Made by a program: the position numbers and the translations under genes. From contig CM000208.1 in the NCBI GenBank assembly GCA_000002445.1, positions 928,001 to 992,000 on the forward strand: DNA of 64,000 bases, read 5' to 3'. Numbering within the stretch: the first letter of the stretch is position 1; every line of letters begins with the position of its first letter. Positions 9,222 through 21,329 of this stretch are shown piece after piece. Origin of the DNA: Trypanosoma brucei (lineage: Eukaryota). The notes under the pieces were generated by a model that made no database searches, was not told where the DNA came from, and saw only the letters and a program-made list of their open reading frames with translations.

Positions 9222-11843
9222 GGTATTTTCCGTCGCAGCAGTGTATATAGTCCTTTGTTTTGATTATCGGACCTCACGTAGAGAAAAGTAATTTATTAGT
9301 TTCAAGTGTCTATAACTTAACTGTTATGTTTTACTTGTTTTTTCCCCCCCCTTCCCACCGAATGACGTCTTTTCATTTCCTTCTGTTTTTTTTAGTAAGA
9401 AAAACTTTTCTTTTGTTTTGCGGCTCTCAAAGAATATACCGTACAGGCTATAAAGTATCTCGTGCAGCTACCTTGTCAGTTGCAGAGCTTATATTCTGTT
9501 AATTCATCCTGATTCTACCTGAACTTCTAATGTTATAGTGTAATATATGTTATAGCAGCCGCACGTGCCGAAGAAAGTGGAAAGTACGTCCAACTGCGGT
9601 CATGTGCGGGAAGCGCCGTCTTTTCTTTCTTCATTTCCCTTTTGTTTCCTTTTTCAGAACATATTGGTACCGCAACATAGGTATTGTCCGATGCGTGAGT
9701 GGATACGCGGGGGTACGCGATTTGGTCGGAAAATATTTTTTTCCTGCGGCATCGTGTGCTTTTCGATAATTGAGCTAATATTTTGAGTCCCTACCTGTTA
9801 TCAAAATCTTTGTCTTTCCTCCATCTTGATTTTTACAAGGTTGGTTACAGCATTAATGGTTTTGTTTTGACACATTGCCTACGTTAAGGTTTAAGGAATT
9901 TGGACCGTTAGCGCCGTCAGGCTTTGCACACCCAAGCGCGTACACGCTCAACGCATTTTGATTCAGTCAAAGCGGGCTTCTGAGGCTTGTGGACTACCAA
10001 ACAACAACATTATTGATAATAATAATAATAATACAAAACAATGATAGCGATGGCGATGATAAAAGTGGCATTTCAGGTAGCAGCCACTTAACAACACACG
10101 TCGGAAGGCTCTGTCATTCGAAACGGTTGCGGGACTCTGAGATTTATTGACGAGATTTTCGGTTACGCACTATCCATGAGAAGCGGATGTTGTTTTGTTT
10201 CGTTTTGTTAAATTTCTTTTTTTTTTTTTTGCATCCCTCCTCGGGAAAGCGCGTGAGGAAACTTGTTGAAGGTGGTAAGTTTTTGGTGAAGGTCGGAGGC
10301 GCTGCGCCTCTTAAACGAGATTAGCTCCGTAAGTATTCGGAAGGCATTCGCGTCCCCAAACGCAACTGTGTTGAACTTTCAAATAACAAATTGAATTAGA
10401 GCGAGGAATGCTGCATATGCGGCACAGTGAGCGTAGCGTACCCGATCACAGTGCCGCAACCGCCAAATCTGTCTGGAAGGTTGCGCGTTGGTGCGCTGGA
10501 AAATCTTTTTTTTTTTAGCCGTGTTGTTCGTTTTAGGGAACTGTGCCAACAGCAGCAGCAAAGGGGGAAAAAAGGTTCATTATGTTTGCAGATCGATAAG
10601 TGCAGCGCCGCCGCGCTCATTGGCTAGAAAACTCCATTGTGCTAAACGAAATGGCTCACTCCGTATTTTTTCAATTAATCCACCATTCACTGTGAACTGA
10701 GTTCAGGTTTTTTGTTTTCCGTTAGCAAGGCCACTTCCACTTTGCTACTCATGTTTCTTCCGTCTCAGAAACAAAAAAAAGTATGCAGTAAGAAGAGGAA
10801 AAATCCATAAGGAAAAGAGGTCTTGTTTGTTTATTTGTTTTGGACGCATGCTTCGACATCATCACTTGAAAACCACCCGCAGTGGAGGTGTAAGATAAAT
10901 AAGACAGCAGATTACAACAAAAACTGCCCCAAACCTTCCCCATCCGTATTCGTTACGCTACCCGCATTATTATCGTTATTGCGGTGACTTTCTCATTTGA
11001 GCCACCGTGGGTGGCCTTCCCTCCTAAGATGCGGTACAGTTATGTGGCTTTGAGTGAAAAACTGCGAGTAGCGGCGCCACTGACATGCACACACACACAC
11101 ACACACACACGAGTCCCCACGCCAGTACGCGCGCGAATATGTTCATATTACCAAGTGCTCCCTGTGGTGGGCATCACCTCAGCGGTTTTATTTATTTATT
11201 TTTCTTTCAAAAAACAAAAAAAAACAAGAACAAAGGCAATGAGCCCCTGCTACACTTCTCATAGGTACTCATCAAACATAATCACGGAGTTCCTCGCACA
11301 TTCCGCCTGCCCGGCCGTCGGAGGTTCACTCACTCGACCTCAAGTCCAAACGCAACAGGACCAAACCGCAAGGGATTCTCCACTGAGCGGAAGACGTAAA
11401 TCCTCCTGCACGCCGCCAACGTAATTTTTCTTTTTTTTCCCCTCATTGAATTTTATAGCTTTCGCATTCACCCACCCCATGCCCGTTTAACATGCCATCC
11501 GGTTCATCCCTGTGCGGTTTCCATCATTGCCTTTGAAAATTAAATTCCCGCGGTCTCTTCCTTCCCCTTCTTGAAGTAAACGTGGGAAAGATCCACCAAC
11601 AAGTAAATCTCAGTGGGAGGAGACTATACAAAATCTCGCCTCTTCAGCATCCTTCTACGGAGGCGCCTGGTCGACGCTTAGTGGATTCATTTAATCCATG
11701 TGCATCAGACAAAAAACGAACGATTTGAGTTCCCTCGCTATTTTACCGGTTGCACATGCAAACGGTTCATACAAATCCGCACCACATCGACAATACCAAA
11801 TGTAATGAAGAGGTCTGAAACATCACACGCACCTCTCGCTCCC
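9222..11843. other. Convergent strand-switch region, the presumed RNA pol II termination zone between two polycistronic units.
   Basis: Every credible ORF to the left is on the + strand and every one to the right is on the - strand, so transcription converges here. The region holds only short, low-complexity ORFs and a (CA)n tract. Confidence 0.65.
11088..11110. repeat. (CA)n microsatellite.
   Basis: A cacacacacacacacacacacac run inside the strand-switch region. It accounts for the THTHTH stretch in a spurious ORF. Confidence 0.9.
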
Positions 11844-12824
11844 TCACACCGATGTGGAGAGTTCCAAATGTTTCACCCCGAGGGCGTGAATGTTGAATTC
11901 CCCACGATCGGAGAAGCGTCTTTGCACGCCCATGACACATGTGGAGTGAACCACAACCACGCAAAACATAGCCTCCACGCCACCCCCACAACTTTTAACC
12001 CTACCGGAAGGGATAACAACAAAACGGTTGGCGGGAAATGTAGTTTGCAATGCAGCCTGCAAGTAAGCCTTCTTGCTGTCTACATTTGTGTTGTTCTTCA
12101 CGCTAAACGAAAACCCAACTTTGTGGAGTTGCTGATCCGATGCCGAGGATGCGGGGAAATGTTCAATCCGAAGCTTCTCTAACCCGAGACGCATCTCGGG
12201 AAGGATGGGGCAGCATGTTAACTCGCAAGGTATCAGACGAAAACAGTGACGCAGCGCGGGGCGTTGGTTCTCCTCAACATCCTCAAAAATACGTTCAACA
12301 ACGGTACGTACCAGTGGGTTGTGCACAACTGAGTGCGCTACGAGGGCCTCAGCTCCAGAAGTAACATTGGGGCCGTCTTCGTTATGTGGCTCAATCACAA
12401 CCGGATTCGCCCTGCAATGATTATCACCGTTTCCCTCCGCCTCCGCACATGAAACAATCCCAGCCCGCTGTAGAGGAAAAGGTATGCTCACCATCAGGTG
12501 ACCTTTGCAGCACGTCTCGAGTGGGGCCAACCAGCGGCAATTTCTCTGCTCTGATTTGTTTCCTGTGAAACTTCCTGTTCGCGATCGTTTCCGAGGGGGC
12601 CGTTCCCCATCGTCGTCACTATTTCTCTCCTTATCTTCGATGGCGGGCCCTGGTATGTAAGCGGCGAGCTCCGCCGTGAGAAGACTCGAGGTGGAGGGGC
12701 TTGGTTTCTCCAAAACATTTGTTTCAGTTGTTGAACCCACTTGTTTTTTCTCACCGTTGCTACCATCATGTTCCCTTTCCAAATCCGCTATGAGTGGCTG
12801 CAAATAGAGCTGCAGTTCCCGCAA
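11844..12824 (-). CDS. Hypothetical protein, 326 aa, the terminal gene of the minus-strand transcription unit.
   Basis: A 981-nt ORF with an acidic/Ser-rich N-terminal half and no recognisable domain. A + strand ORF (11700-12182) overlaps it in antisense and is presumably spurious. Confidence 0.4.
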   Translation of the reverse strand: MRELQLYLQPLIADLEREHDGSNGEKKQVGSTTETNVLEKPSPSTSSLLTAELAAYIPGPAIEDKERNSDDDGERPPRKRSRTGSFTGNKSEQRNCRWLAPLETCCKGHLMVSIPFPLQRAGIVSCAEAEGNGDNHCRANPVVIEPHNEDGPNVTSGAEALVAHSVVHNPLVRTVVERIFEDVEENQRPALRHCFRLIPCELTCCPILPEMRLGLEKLRIEHFPASSASDQQLHKVGFSFSVKNNTNVDSKKAYLQAALQTTFPANRFVVIPSGRVKSCGGGVEAMFCVVVVHSTCVMGVQRRFSDRGEFNIHALGVKHLELSTSV

Positions 12825-13810
12825 CGCCTTCGACTCCTGCCGGGGGGTTCACAGTCCATAAAAGTCCTGAAATGCGACCGTGTGGTACCAGAATGCGGCC
12901 AAGACGGCCCTTGTGGTGACGTTGTTTCCCCGCGTCTTGCCGATACGTCCGCGGTGCCGGCATCTCACCTTATTTGACCAAGCGTTTGCTTTGGAATCAA
13001 AAAGAATTTTGAAAATTTTGTGAAATAGCCGCAAAAAAAAAAAATAAATAAATCATATTTACAGCGAAGAGGCGAAGCGGGTGATGAAGAGAGGAATTAC
13101 TAATACAAATGAGTGATAAGGCAAAAATATACGGGACACCGCCATTTTTGTTAGACACATTCGTGATCAACACTTCTAATTTGTGATTTTCAAGGACGGA
13201 CAATCCCCTGCCTATGCACACATATATCAGCACTTTCCCCCGCGCTACTTCATCCAATAGCGTGCCGTTCGTATACGCGCCACATATTCCTCACCTAATG
13301 TGTGGGTTCCCGTGCCAAAGCAAACACCACAACCTGCGCCTATCGTCATATTCTTCGTTATTTTCATATCGAGAACATAAACCCTAACCTCAAAAAAAAA
13401 AAATTTGCGTTACATATTGGATATTGGTTATCCTCACTTTCCCGCGAGATGCAAGCGGAATGCTACAACTTTAAGTGAATTTTGGCAGCAGGTTTTTGTG
13501 CCGAAAAGGAGAGCTTGTGGTACACACCCGCTGTTTAATATTTAACGAAACAATAACAGTAACAACTAAATGTCGACAACACCTTCAGAGCATGTGGCAG
13601 GAGGTTGATTGTTACTAAGGCGTGTTAACGGTTAACCGTTGTGGGTTTGCATACAATTATATGCCCATACGTCCTCACTTGATCCTATAGTGATGCTCAT
13701 GTAAAACTTCCTTCATGGTAGGATAAACTTTTAGATATGATGAAGATACGCAAACTACAGCCAGTAAATATATCAACTTGCCACCTCCGGAGGTGGTTGG
13801 TAATTTTCTT

Positions 13811-13878
13811 CCCCCCCCCCCCGCTAGCGCCATGAGGGAAGGTGTATTACCACATTTGCAAACACACACACACACACA
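13811..13878. repeat. A C12 homopolymer followed by an (AC)n microsatellite and an A-run.
   Basis: The run cccccccccccc lies at 13811-13822 and acacacacacacacaca at 13862-13878. Confidence 0.85.
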
Positions 13879-14390
13879 GAAAAAAAAAAAGACAACACCA
13901 AATAAATGCAATCCGTTACGGGTGAGTAAAGGTACATAAATATCCTTTTGGAAAGTGGTGGGCACAGGAAGCACCCATAATTTTCCTCACGGTCCGTACG
14001 GTAAGGCGACAAACAAACAGCTCACCGTAATCCAACAGAGTAAAAATACTTTTTTACAACATCACCCCAACATCCGGCACCACCACAAAAACACAAACGG
14101 CCGGAGCCCTTTTCACATCATGTACACACAAAGTCACCAAGGAACTACGGTACGAAACAAAGTGAAATGTGACGGAAGGAAATATGCTCAAAATATGTGA
14201 AAAGAACCAATGATGCGAAGTCACCACACCAACTCAACCACTAATATCATTTTTTCCTTCTCCATACACGCACCATTGAGTCCTTTTATTCACCTTTTTT
14301 TTCTATTTTTTCTTCCGGCCACTAAAACTCTAGCGTAACAGTCGGTTCCCTTCTCTATCTATTCAACGCCTCAGTCTCTCTTTAATACAA

Positions 14391-14428
14391 TATATATATA
14401 TATATATATATACCTATATATATATATA
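14391..14428. repeat. Interrupted (TA)n microsatellite.
   Basis: The sequence is tatatatatatatatatatatacctatatatatatata. Confidence 0.9.
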
Positions 14429-14828
14429 CCTCAACCGCAACACGTGCGCTTGGAGAGAGTCATAATCTCTTTCTTTTGTTCGTTCTCTTTACCATTTTTT
14501 GTCTTTGTTTTCTTTTGCTCCTTCCTTCTTCCATACTCCCCCCTTTTTTTTTCTCTCTATGAACTCGGTGGGCCTTCCTCCTCTTCCTCTTCCATTCATG
14601 TTGCTGTTTTTTTTTTTTTCGTTCCCATCTTTCTCTCTGTTTCATCACGGCGTTTTTCATCTAATTCACTTTGGTACGTGAACGTGGGCCTTTACATATA
14701 TGCGCGTGAGAAGTCAAGGGAGTTGAATGGGAACTGGAGGTTGCCACAGAAAGGATTATTTAAAAAGAAAAAAAAAGTAAATATAAGAATAAATACACGG
14801 GGGAAAAAAATAAACAAGTTGAAGATAA

Positions 14829-15692
14829 TCACACAAATACAGAGGCGATACGCCACGCCACTGGGGCAAAGAGAAGCACAAATCCCGCACCTACAGCCAT
14901 TTGTTCAACACGTGTGGCCTCTGCAACAAGAGCGAGAAAAGCAACAAGTGCTGCTGCTGCTGTTTGCTTCAAGCCAACAGGCATGAAAGATGTAGTGAAA
15001 AGCGCGAAGGCCGCTACTAGCACCACAACAGCGTGGCCCAAAGCAGTAAGTTGCGCAATAACTGAATACATGATTTCTTTCTTGTCCTTACCACTGGTGA
15101 ATATACTGACCTTGAAGGTAGGGACAGTAAGAAATGGCCGAAGAACGGCGTAAAGCGTCTTTTCCTCATTGGAGAAGCTAAAAAGCGGAAGAGCAAAGGC
15201 ACCAAACACTAAAACAGCAAGCGTGGCGATTGACGCCCACAACTGCTGTGAGCAGCGAATACGAACCTTTTCGAGTAGAGATTGGCGGTGTTGACCGTAC
15301 CAAACCTCGAAATCGGGTGAGCGGAATAAGTCATCAAGTGCCTTTGCTGTAATGGGTTTACCACCTGTGGCATAACGTTTAGCTGATCCTAATTCTGGAG
15401 TGTGTCCACTGGGCCTTTCCCGACCCCTGCTTGGTTTTGGTTCTGCTTGCGCCCGTAATTTTACTGAAGTGAGTATGGGGAACTGCATCACAACACCTCG
15501 CAGCAGTGCCCAAAGGAAGAGGTGAAGGGGTTCACTCTGCTGGTGGTATTTCTCCAAGAGCGGCTTAAGCAAAAACGCCCACAACGGTGCCACCACAAGT
15601 GCAATGATGAAAGCGTGTTTCATTGCCACGGGGTTCCATAAGGATTGCGGAACGCGCTGTGTAAAATATCGAAAGCCCTCCATTACTTCCAA
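14829..15692 (-). CDS. Hypothetical polytopic membrane protein, 287 aa with about 6 predicted transmembrane helices.
   Basis: Hydrophobic helices alternate with short loops. There is a basic, Pro/Ser-rich loop (PKPSRGRERPSGHTPELGSAKRYATGGKP). I see no family-specific motif. Confidence 0.5.
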   Translation of the reverse strand: MEVMEGFRYFTQRVPQSLWNPVAMKHAFIIALVVAPLWAFLLKPLLEKYHQQSEPLHLFLWALLRGVVMQFPILTSVKLRAQAEPKPSRGRERPSGHTPELGSAKRYATGGKPITAKALDDLFRSPDFEVWYGQHRQSLLEKVRIRCSQQLWASIATLAVLVFGAFALPLFSFSNEEKTLYAVLRPFLTVPTFKVSIFTSGKDKKEIMYSVIAQLTALGHAVVVLVAAFALFTTSFMPVGLKQTAAAALVAFLALVAEATRVEQMAVGAGFVLLFAPVAWRIASVFV

Positions 15693-17454
15693 CTTGGCTT
15701 ATTTCTCACCCCTTTCCGCTCTTTTCCCTATTTACTCAATGTGAACCTACAGGGTTTTCTCAGAAACGCCACTCCCTCTAAAATACCTTCCCGTTGCTTC
15801 GCTCTTTTTTCTTGCTGTGTATTCGTCTTTCCTAATACACTTTAAGTGGCTTTCGCGTGGTGTCTGCTACTGCTGAGGTTTAAAAAAAAAAAAGATGACA
15901 CAACTGCAGGACAGTAGGAATGTGTAAAACCAATTATTCGTATGAACAACAACAACAACAGCTGGATATGAGGGGGAATAGAAAAGTCAAAACCACAAGG
16001 GGAAATATGCACACACTTGCGGAGTCTTGCAACGCTGATAAAATTGTGTGCTAAAGCTTGATCAGAACATTCACAAGGTTTTTTTTTTCGATACGAAGGC
16101 ACGTGTCGATGTTTTTTTTCTTTTGGTGTTTCCCTTGTCAACAAAGGCGGCCACCGCTTCATGACTTTGCGCACACGATACCATCAGTGTTTTCGTACGA
16201 TCCACTTTATGCAATTGATTTAATGATTGTTTGCATTTCTCTTCAACATTCAGATAATTACACACATTTTACTCCTTTAAATCAATTTATGCCGCATACC
16301 GTGTGTGCATATTAGGGCAAAACAACCAACGGTGCTTGCGCCAGAAACCAATGGAAGATCACACAAAACTTTAATTGGAAAAAAAAAGTATATCCAAGCA
16401 TCAAACGAAGTTGGGCGGCGGCAGTGACAAAACAAACCCCCCCCCCCCAAAAAAAGGAAGCTGCTGCAGAAATTTTTTTCTTTTCTTCCCGCTTTGCTTC
16501 CCTCTACACAAACATGCTCATTTCCTTTACGTCACAGTCGCAAAAAAAAAAAAATAGACCTGTGCACGATGATATGTCCCACGCTTGACCACGGCACTGC
16601 CTTTTTAGCAGCACGAATAACAATAATAAGAAAAAAAAAGGAACAAAAAAAATTATTTAGTTAATTATTACGTAACATCCCTGTTCTTACAATAGTCGCT
16701 GCCTATTATCACCACCTCCCATTTCTAGTCCGGAGGTACTTCGAAATCCACAAGATATTTACAAGGAACTCACAATAAGTGTATCAATGTGCATGCGCGC
16801 ACGGTCCCGTCACCACATAGGTCTTTTTTGTCCTTCAATATTAAACGGGGACCCAAAACAGAGAGTGGGAAAAGCAACACCCCGCTTGTACACCCGGACA
16901 TGCGCGCGCACACGTGACTTCAGTGTGGTTGAATGGTGGTTTATTTTCGTTACGCTGTGTTTTTTTTATATATTTCTCTCCTTTCCCCTTTTCTAACTAA
17001 ATTGCAAAATACCACTGATTACATATGTATATATGTGTATGTGTGTGTGTGTGTGCGTCCACCAACTGCGAACATCTGCTGCCCACGCTCACACCACCTC
17101 CTCCACGGACTGTTCTCAAGAAGTGAAAATCCCGGCGAGCCGCCAGTGGTGAGGAGGAGAAGCAGAGAGGGAAGTGGACCAGTAGAAGTGTGGACAACTG
17201 GGCCGAACATAAACCACTTGCCTGTTTCAATGCCACTGTGCCATACCCATGGAAACTCAACACGGTTCGCGCTGTCCTCGTTCACCCTCGACACGTATGC
17301 ACCACTCATTTACAACGGAGCGGGAACACGTTACACTCCCCTTTCTTTTGTGATATCCCGTTGTTTTTGTAACGGCAGTGTAGCCTACGGGTTAATCAGC
17401 CGGATCGCACTCTCTAGCCCATTCTACGTTCACTGAACACATCGGAAGGCGCCA

Positions 17455-20400
17455 TCACAGCGTTCCCGACTCGCCGTCAACCGTATGAACGAGCTCTTTG
17501 TCATAACCCATGCTCAGTAACTCATTCTTCACGTCGCGCTGCATCACGGGCGGTCCACACACAACAATCAGCGGCTCACTCGATGGCGGTTGCAGCACCT
17601 TCTGCAGGGATTTCTTGTTGACAAACCCCACTCCACCTGTCCACCCTTCGGGTGGGTTGTTAAGAACGAAGTTGCAGACGAACTTGTCGGGGAACTCTTC
17701 CGCAAACCGCTGCAAAATTGAGCGATACGTCAATGTGTCGTACTCTTCTGCGGCGTATATAAGACGGATGCTTTCCAACGTGTCCACGTAAGGCTTCTTG
17801 AGTGCCGCACGAATAACCTGCAACATGGGCGCGACACCAGTCCCTGCCGCGACAAGAGCAAACCGCGTAATAGGCCGGTTACGAAACAGCAGACACTTCT
17901 TTACTGGGTCTTGATCAATACGAAGACCTCCACATGCTTTGATTTCGACGGAGTCGCCCGGTCGCAAGGCGCAGATCCATTCCTTCAATGTGCCCTTGTC
18001 GGCACGAACCAGAAGGGAGATAGTGCCAAGGTCCTCTGGTAGTGTAATTGGACTGAAGTAACCAACAAGTTGTTGGCCGTCCCACTCGCCACGGATGGCC
18101 ACAAATTCGCCCAGATTGAGACCTGTGCGCTGCAGCGCCCCAGGTAGGTTAAAACGAAGAACACGAGAGCCGGTCCCGAACTGTTCGCCGGAGCGGGACT
18201 CACGTACAACAACGGAAGTCCAACTCGTCTTGGAGAGGGCTATCTCACGTTTTTGAAGTATTGTTGCGGCACGGTCACCCGCAATTTTCCCGAATACCAC
18301 ACATTCCAAGAGCGAATTACCACCAAGGCGGTTACCACCGTGCACACCACCCGTCACTTCACCGGCACCAAACAAGCATCGAATCGGTCTATGGTTTTCC
18401 AGAATATTTAAACCTTTGTACTCCTGAAGAACTTCAGCAGCCGGTGAAATGAGGCAGCCACCCATTGTGTAATGAATGGAAGGCGTGACAAAAGCAACAT
18501 TGTACGGCCCCCTTGTACCCACCACACAAGGGAATACTACCTTCCCCGTCACAGGGCACGCAACTTTGGCCTTGCTGCAAGTTTCATACTTTTCAAGCGT
18601 ATCCCGTAATTCACCTTCGTCACAGCCAATCAGTTTGGCCAACTCTTCCACAGTCTCAGCACGCTGGAACAAACCAAGCTTCTTTCCGTAGAACCCCAGT
18701 GCACCGCCACCGAAGAGGTTTGTTGCATCTTCGTTGAGCACGCAGTACGCAAAGTAACATCCACCGGATCCAGGGTATTCATTACCCTGCGTATTAATTG
18801 CCTTGGATACAACAGAGCGGAGGTCAAGTTCATTCACGAAGCGCTTTCCTTGCTTGTTGAGTAATATCCCACCCGAACCTCGGAGTGCCTCCGGGCCGAG
18901 AATCTTCGTTGTGTTCGCGGGATCCTTTGGATCGATAAGCCCTGTGGGGTGTAGCTGAACCTTATCCATATCCACAAGCTTTGCACCAACCGATGTTGCG
19001 AGTTTAACCCCGTCACCGGTCGCCCAGGGGCCATTTGTCGTTGGAAAACTGGCCAGGTGAGGCGCATACTTGCAGAGCAGTGAATTTTCTTCACGGTCAT
19101 TGGAGAAACCACCAGTTGCAAGAACGACGGCATCCGCAAGCAATTTTGATGGCTGGCCATCCACATCGGAGAGGTCCCTGTATCTTACACCCGTAACACG
19201 CACTTCGGAGGCGCCATCAGGTGTTGTATCGGTTTCGTGCAATAACTCGGTCACGGACACATGTGTCATAATCGTTACTCGCTCAGAGAGGTTGTTACGG
19301 ATGTGATCCTCGAGGGTTCTCATGATCGTATGACCAATTGGTAGGGGTGTCCCGTCCGTTTTGTCCGGGGCACGGTGGGTTCGCTTGAAACTGTGGCCAC
19401 CAAGTTGCGAGAGGACACTGAGTGGCACACCAAGAGAAGTAAGCCAACCAATTGCGTCCCCACTCTTAACTGAGAGCACTTTGACGAGGGCAGGATCGGT
19501 AGTACCGCCAACGCCAGAGAGAAAAGTGTCACGCTCAAAATACTTTCCACCGTCGAGAATATCTGACTTTGCCTGCGTACGCGTCCCCCACCCATTAATA
19601 CCTGATGTAGCCTTTGCGCTGTTCCCCCCGATTCTTCCTTCCTTTTCCATGAGTATGACTTGTGCACCACAACTTGCGGCTTCGATGGCCGCTGAAAGGC
19701 CCGCTAGACCTCCACCCACAATAACAATTCTGGAGGGCAAACTCCCGGCAATCCGTATTTCACGTAGCTCCCGTGTTTCTTGCGCTATCTCGTGCATATG
19801 TGCTAACCGCTCGCCCTGACGGGTATAGGCGAAGTAATTCGTCACACGACTTCGAACGTAACGCCAGCCCTCTAATAAGTAGCGAATCCTCACAGCATCA
19901 CGCTTCACAAGGCACACTGTTGCCAGAGCATCAGCGTACATTGCGCTATAACATTTCACAGACACTTGAGCGAGTGCCCCTTCCTCAGGAGATAGTAGCC
20001 CCCTTCGCTGCCAGTCAAAAATGCTCCCCGCCACTCCATGCTTTGGATGATACAAAACGTTTTCGTAGTCACCACTGGTGCAAAGGGCTTCATCATCAAG
20101 CTCCACCACATGAAGCAGGGATGGAGAATCATCGTCCTTCTCTTCCTGCTCCTCCTCCCCCATTTTTAACATTTTCCCTTTGGCGCGCCGAATCACCTCC
20201 TCCACAGATGGCGGTCGTTTGATAGCAACTGCCCATAGGTTTCCTTTGATGTTCCTACCCGACGCTCGAATATCCCCGCCCCACTCAAAGAGCACGTTTG
20301 GCATACCGGCCGCACGAAGATGATCCACTACATAATCAACTGTGTAGCCTTTGTTCACACCACCAAGATCAAGCCTCGCTTCAGAGTGCTTGCGAGCTAT

Positions 20401-21171
20401 TGTTCCCTCCTCGAGGTCCACGTCAAAACTTTGCGCTAAGGAGAAGAGCTCTACCTCGGCTTCCGTTACGGAAATGTCGGACATGTCGTTGTGGTCCCTC
20501 ATTGCCCCCCGAAGTCGGCTGATAATTGGACCTGCCGCCGGGTCGAAGCCCATTCCGCTGGAGTGATGTACACTGATGGTGCACTCCATCACGTGCCGGA
20601 GATCCTCCGACATTTGATGCTTCTCACCCACCGGCAGAGAGTTGACACGCGACAACTCGCTTTCAGGATTGAAACAATTGAGGGAGTAGTCCACCATGTG
20701 AAATGCCTTTCGCAAAATCTCAGCTGCCTTTGCTTCGAATTCACCTGTAGAGCGCGAGTTACAAAGAACCACGGCGAGCCTGTACGGAATCGTGTGCTCC
20801 AACCCCTTTAAGTTAATGATAGTGGGTTCATCTTCTTGACAAAGACCACTATTACTTGAGAGCAACTCGCGCGCCATGCGGTCACGCTTCTTTGCTGCCG
20901 CCTCCGGGTCAGTGACAACAATCGAAGCCGAGGAAATACCATCGGCGCCATGGGACGTAAAACGCTTTTGACATGAAACAACCGAGGGAGCGGGTGGCGC
21001 TAGGGATTTGAAGAAGCGCCCCCATACGACCCGCATTGGTGAAACCGAGTCGCAAGGGTCGCCGACAAGCGAAGGGCTGTCTCGCGCAACTCCAGAGCTT
21101 CCCGCCACTAATGCAGATGTGGCTCGAAGGAGAAGTTGCTTCGTTGAGAGCATTATGTCGAAGAACTCCAC
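17455..21171 (-). CDS. FRD: NADH-dependent fumarate reductase of the trypanosomatid three-domain type (ApbE-like, flavocytochrome-c-type fumarate reductase flavoprotein, and cytochrome b5 reductase-like domains), 1238 aa.
   Basis: The central domain has the FAD-binding fingerprint IVIVGGGLAGLSAAIEAASCGAQVILMEKEGRIGGNSAKATSGING and the His/Arg active-site region of soluble fumarate reductases. The N-terminal ~450 aa is ApbE-like. The C-terminus is a ferredoxin-NADP-reductase-type module (RPITRFALVAAGTGVAPMLQ, GPPVM). The N-terminus looks like a mitochondrial presequence (MLSTKQLLLRATSALVAG...), so the second Met may be the true start. Adjacency to the aspartate aminotransferase suggests the T. 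brucei chromosome 10 paralogue FRDm2, inferred from remembered synteny. Confidence 0.93.
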   Translation of the reverse strand: MEFFDIMLSTKQLLLRATSALVAGSSGVARDSPSLVGDPCDSVSPMRVVWGRFFKSLAPPAPSVVSCQKRFTSHGADGISSASIVVTDPEAAAKKRDRMARELLSSNSGLCQEDEPTIINLKGLEHTIPYRLAVVLCNSRSTGEFEAKAAEILRKAFHMVDYSLNCFNPESELSRVNSLPVGEKHQMSEDLRHVMECTISVHHSSGMGFDPAAGPIISRLRGAMRDHNDMSDISVTEAEVELFSLAQSFDVDLEEGTIARKHSEARLDLGGVNKGYTVDYVVDHLRAAGMPNVLFEWGGDIRASGRNIKGNLWAVAIKRPPSVEEVIRRAKGKMLKMGEEEQEEKDDDSPSLLHVVELDDEALCTSGDYENVLYHPKHGVAGSIFDWQRRGLLSPEEGALAQVSVKCYSAMYADALATVCLVKRDAVRIRYLLEGWRYVRSRVTNYFAYTRQGERLAHMHEIAQETRELREIRIAGSLPSRIVIVGGGLAGLSAAIEAASCGAQVILMEKEGRIGGNSAKATSGINGWGTRTQAKSDILDGGKYFERDTFLSGVGGTTDPALVKVLSVKSGDAIGWLTSLGVPLSVLSQLGGHSFKRTHRAPDKTDGTPLPIGHTIMRTLEDHIRNNLSERVTIMTHVSVTELLHETDTTPDGASEVRVTGVRYRDLSDVDGQPSKLLADAVVLATGGFSNDREENSLLCKYAPHLASFPTTNGPWATGDGVKLATSVGAKLVDMDKVQLHPTGLIDPKDPANTTKILGPEALRGSGGILLNKQGKRFVNELDLRSVVSKAINTQGNEYPGSGGCYFAYCVLNEDATNLFGGGALGFYGKKLGLFQRAETVEELAKLIGCDEGELRDTLEKYETCSKAKVACPVTGKVVFPCVVGTRGPYNVAFVTPSIHYTMGGCLISPAAEVLQEYKGLNILENHRPIRCLFGAGEVTGGVHGGNRLGGNSLLECVVFGKIAGDRAATILQKREIALSKTSWTSVVVRESRSGEQFGTGSRVLRFNLPGALQRTGLNLGEFVAIRGEWDGQQLVGYFSPITLPEDLGTISLLVRADKGTLKEWICALRPGDSVEIKACGGLRIDQDPVKKCLLFRNRPITRFALVAAGTGVAPMLQVIRAALKKPYVDTLESIRLIYAAEEYDTLTYRSILQRFAEEFPDKFVCNFVLNNPPEGWTGGVGFVNKKSLQKVLQPPSSEPLIVVCGPPVMQRDVKNELLSMGYDKELVHTVDGESGTL

Positions 21172-21329
21172 TTTTTTCCCTTGAAATCGGATCTTTAGCC
21201 TTTCCCTTCCTTTAAAGTTTATTTTGACTCTTTCCTAGTTCCTTATGAAGCCCCTCGCTCAGCTGCTGGTTTGTAATGACACTTAATTTGATAATCCCCA
21301 CCGAATACTGGATTCTATCATGTTGAGTC

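Noticed and set aside
9222-11843. Looked for tRNA, snRNA or 5S genes (A-box TRGCNNAGTGG, B-box GGTTCGANTCC) in the strand-switch region and elsewhere.
   Set aside because: I found no GGTTCGA/TCGAACC B-box or cloverleaf-compatible segment. The only 'ttcgaatc' strings (2578, 47850) lack the flanking GG/CC and acceptor stems.
10984-12182. Plus-strand ORFs of 146 and 160 aa inside or at the edge of the strand-switch region.
   Set aside because: One is created by the (CA)n tract (the THTHTH stretch). The other lies antisense to the better minus-strand ORF. Both are low complexity and lack signals.
13400-13800. C/D-box-like strings (atgatga ... no ctga partner) suggesting a snoRNA cluster in intergenic spacers (also 4846, 21538).
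   Set aside because: No properly spaced C/D' /C'/D box set or terminal stem on the transcribed strand, and no tandem repetition as in trypanosome snoRNA clusters.
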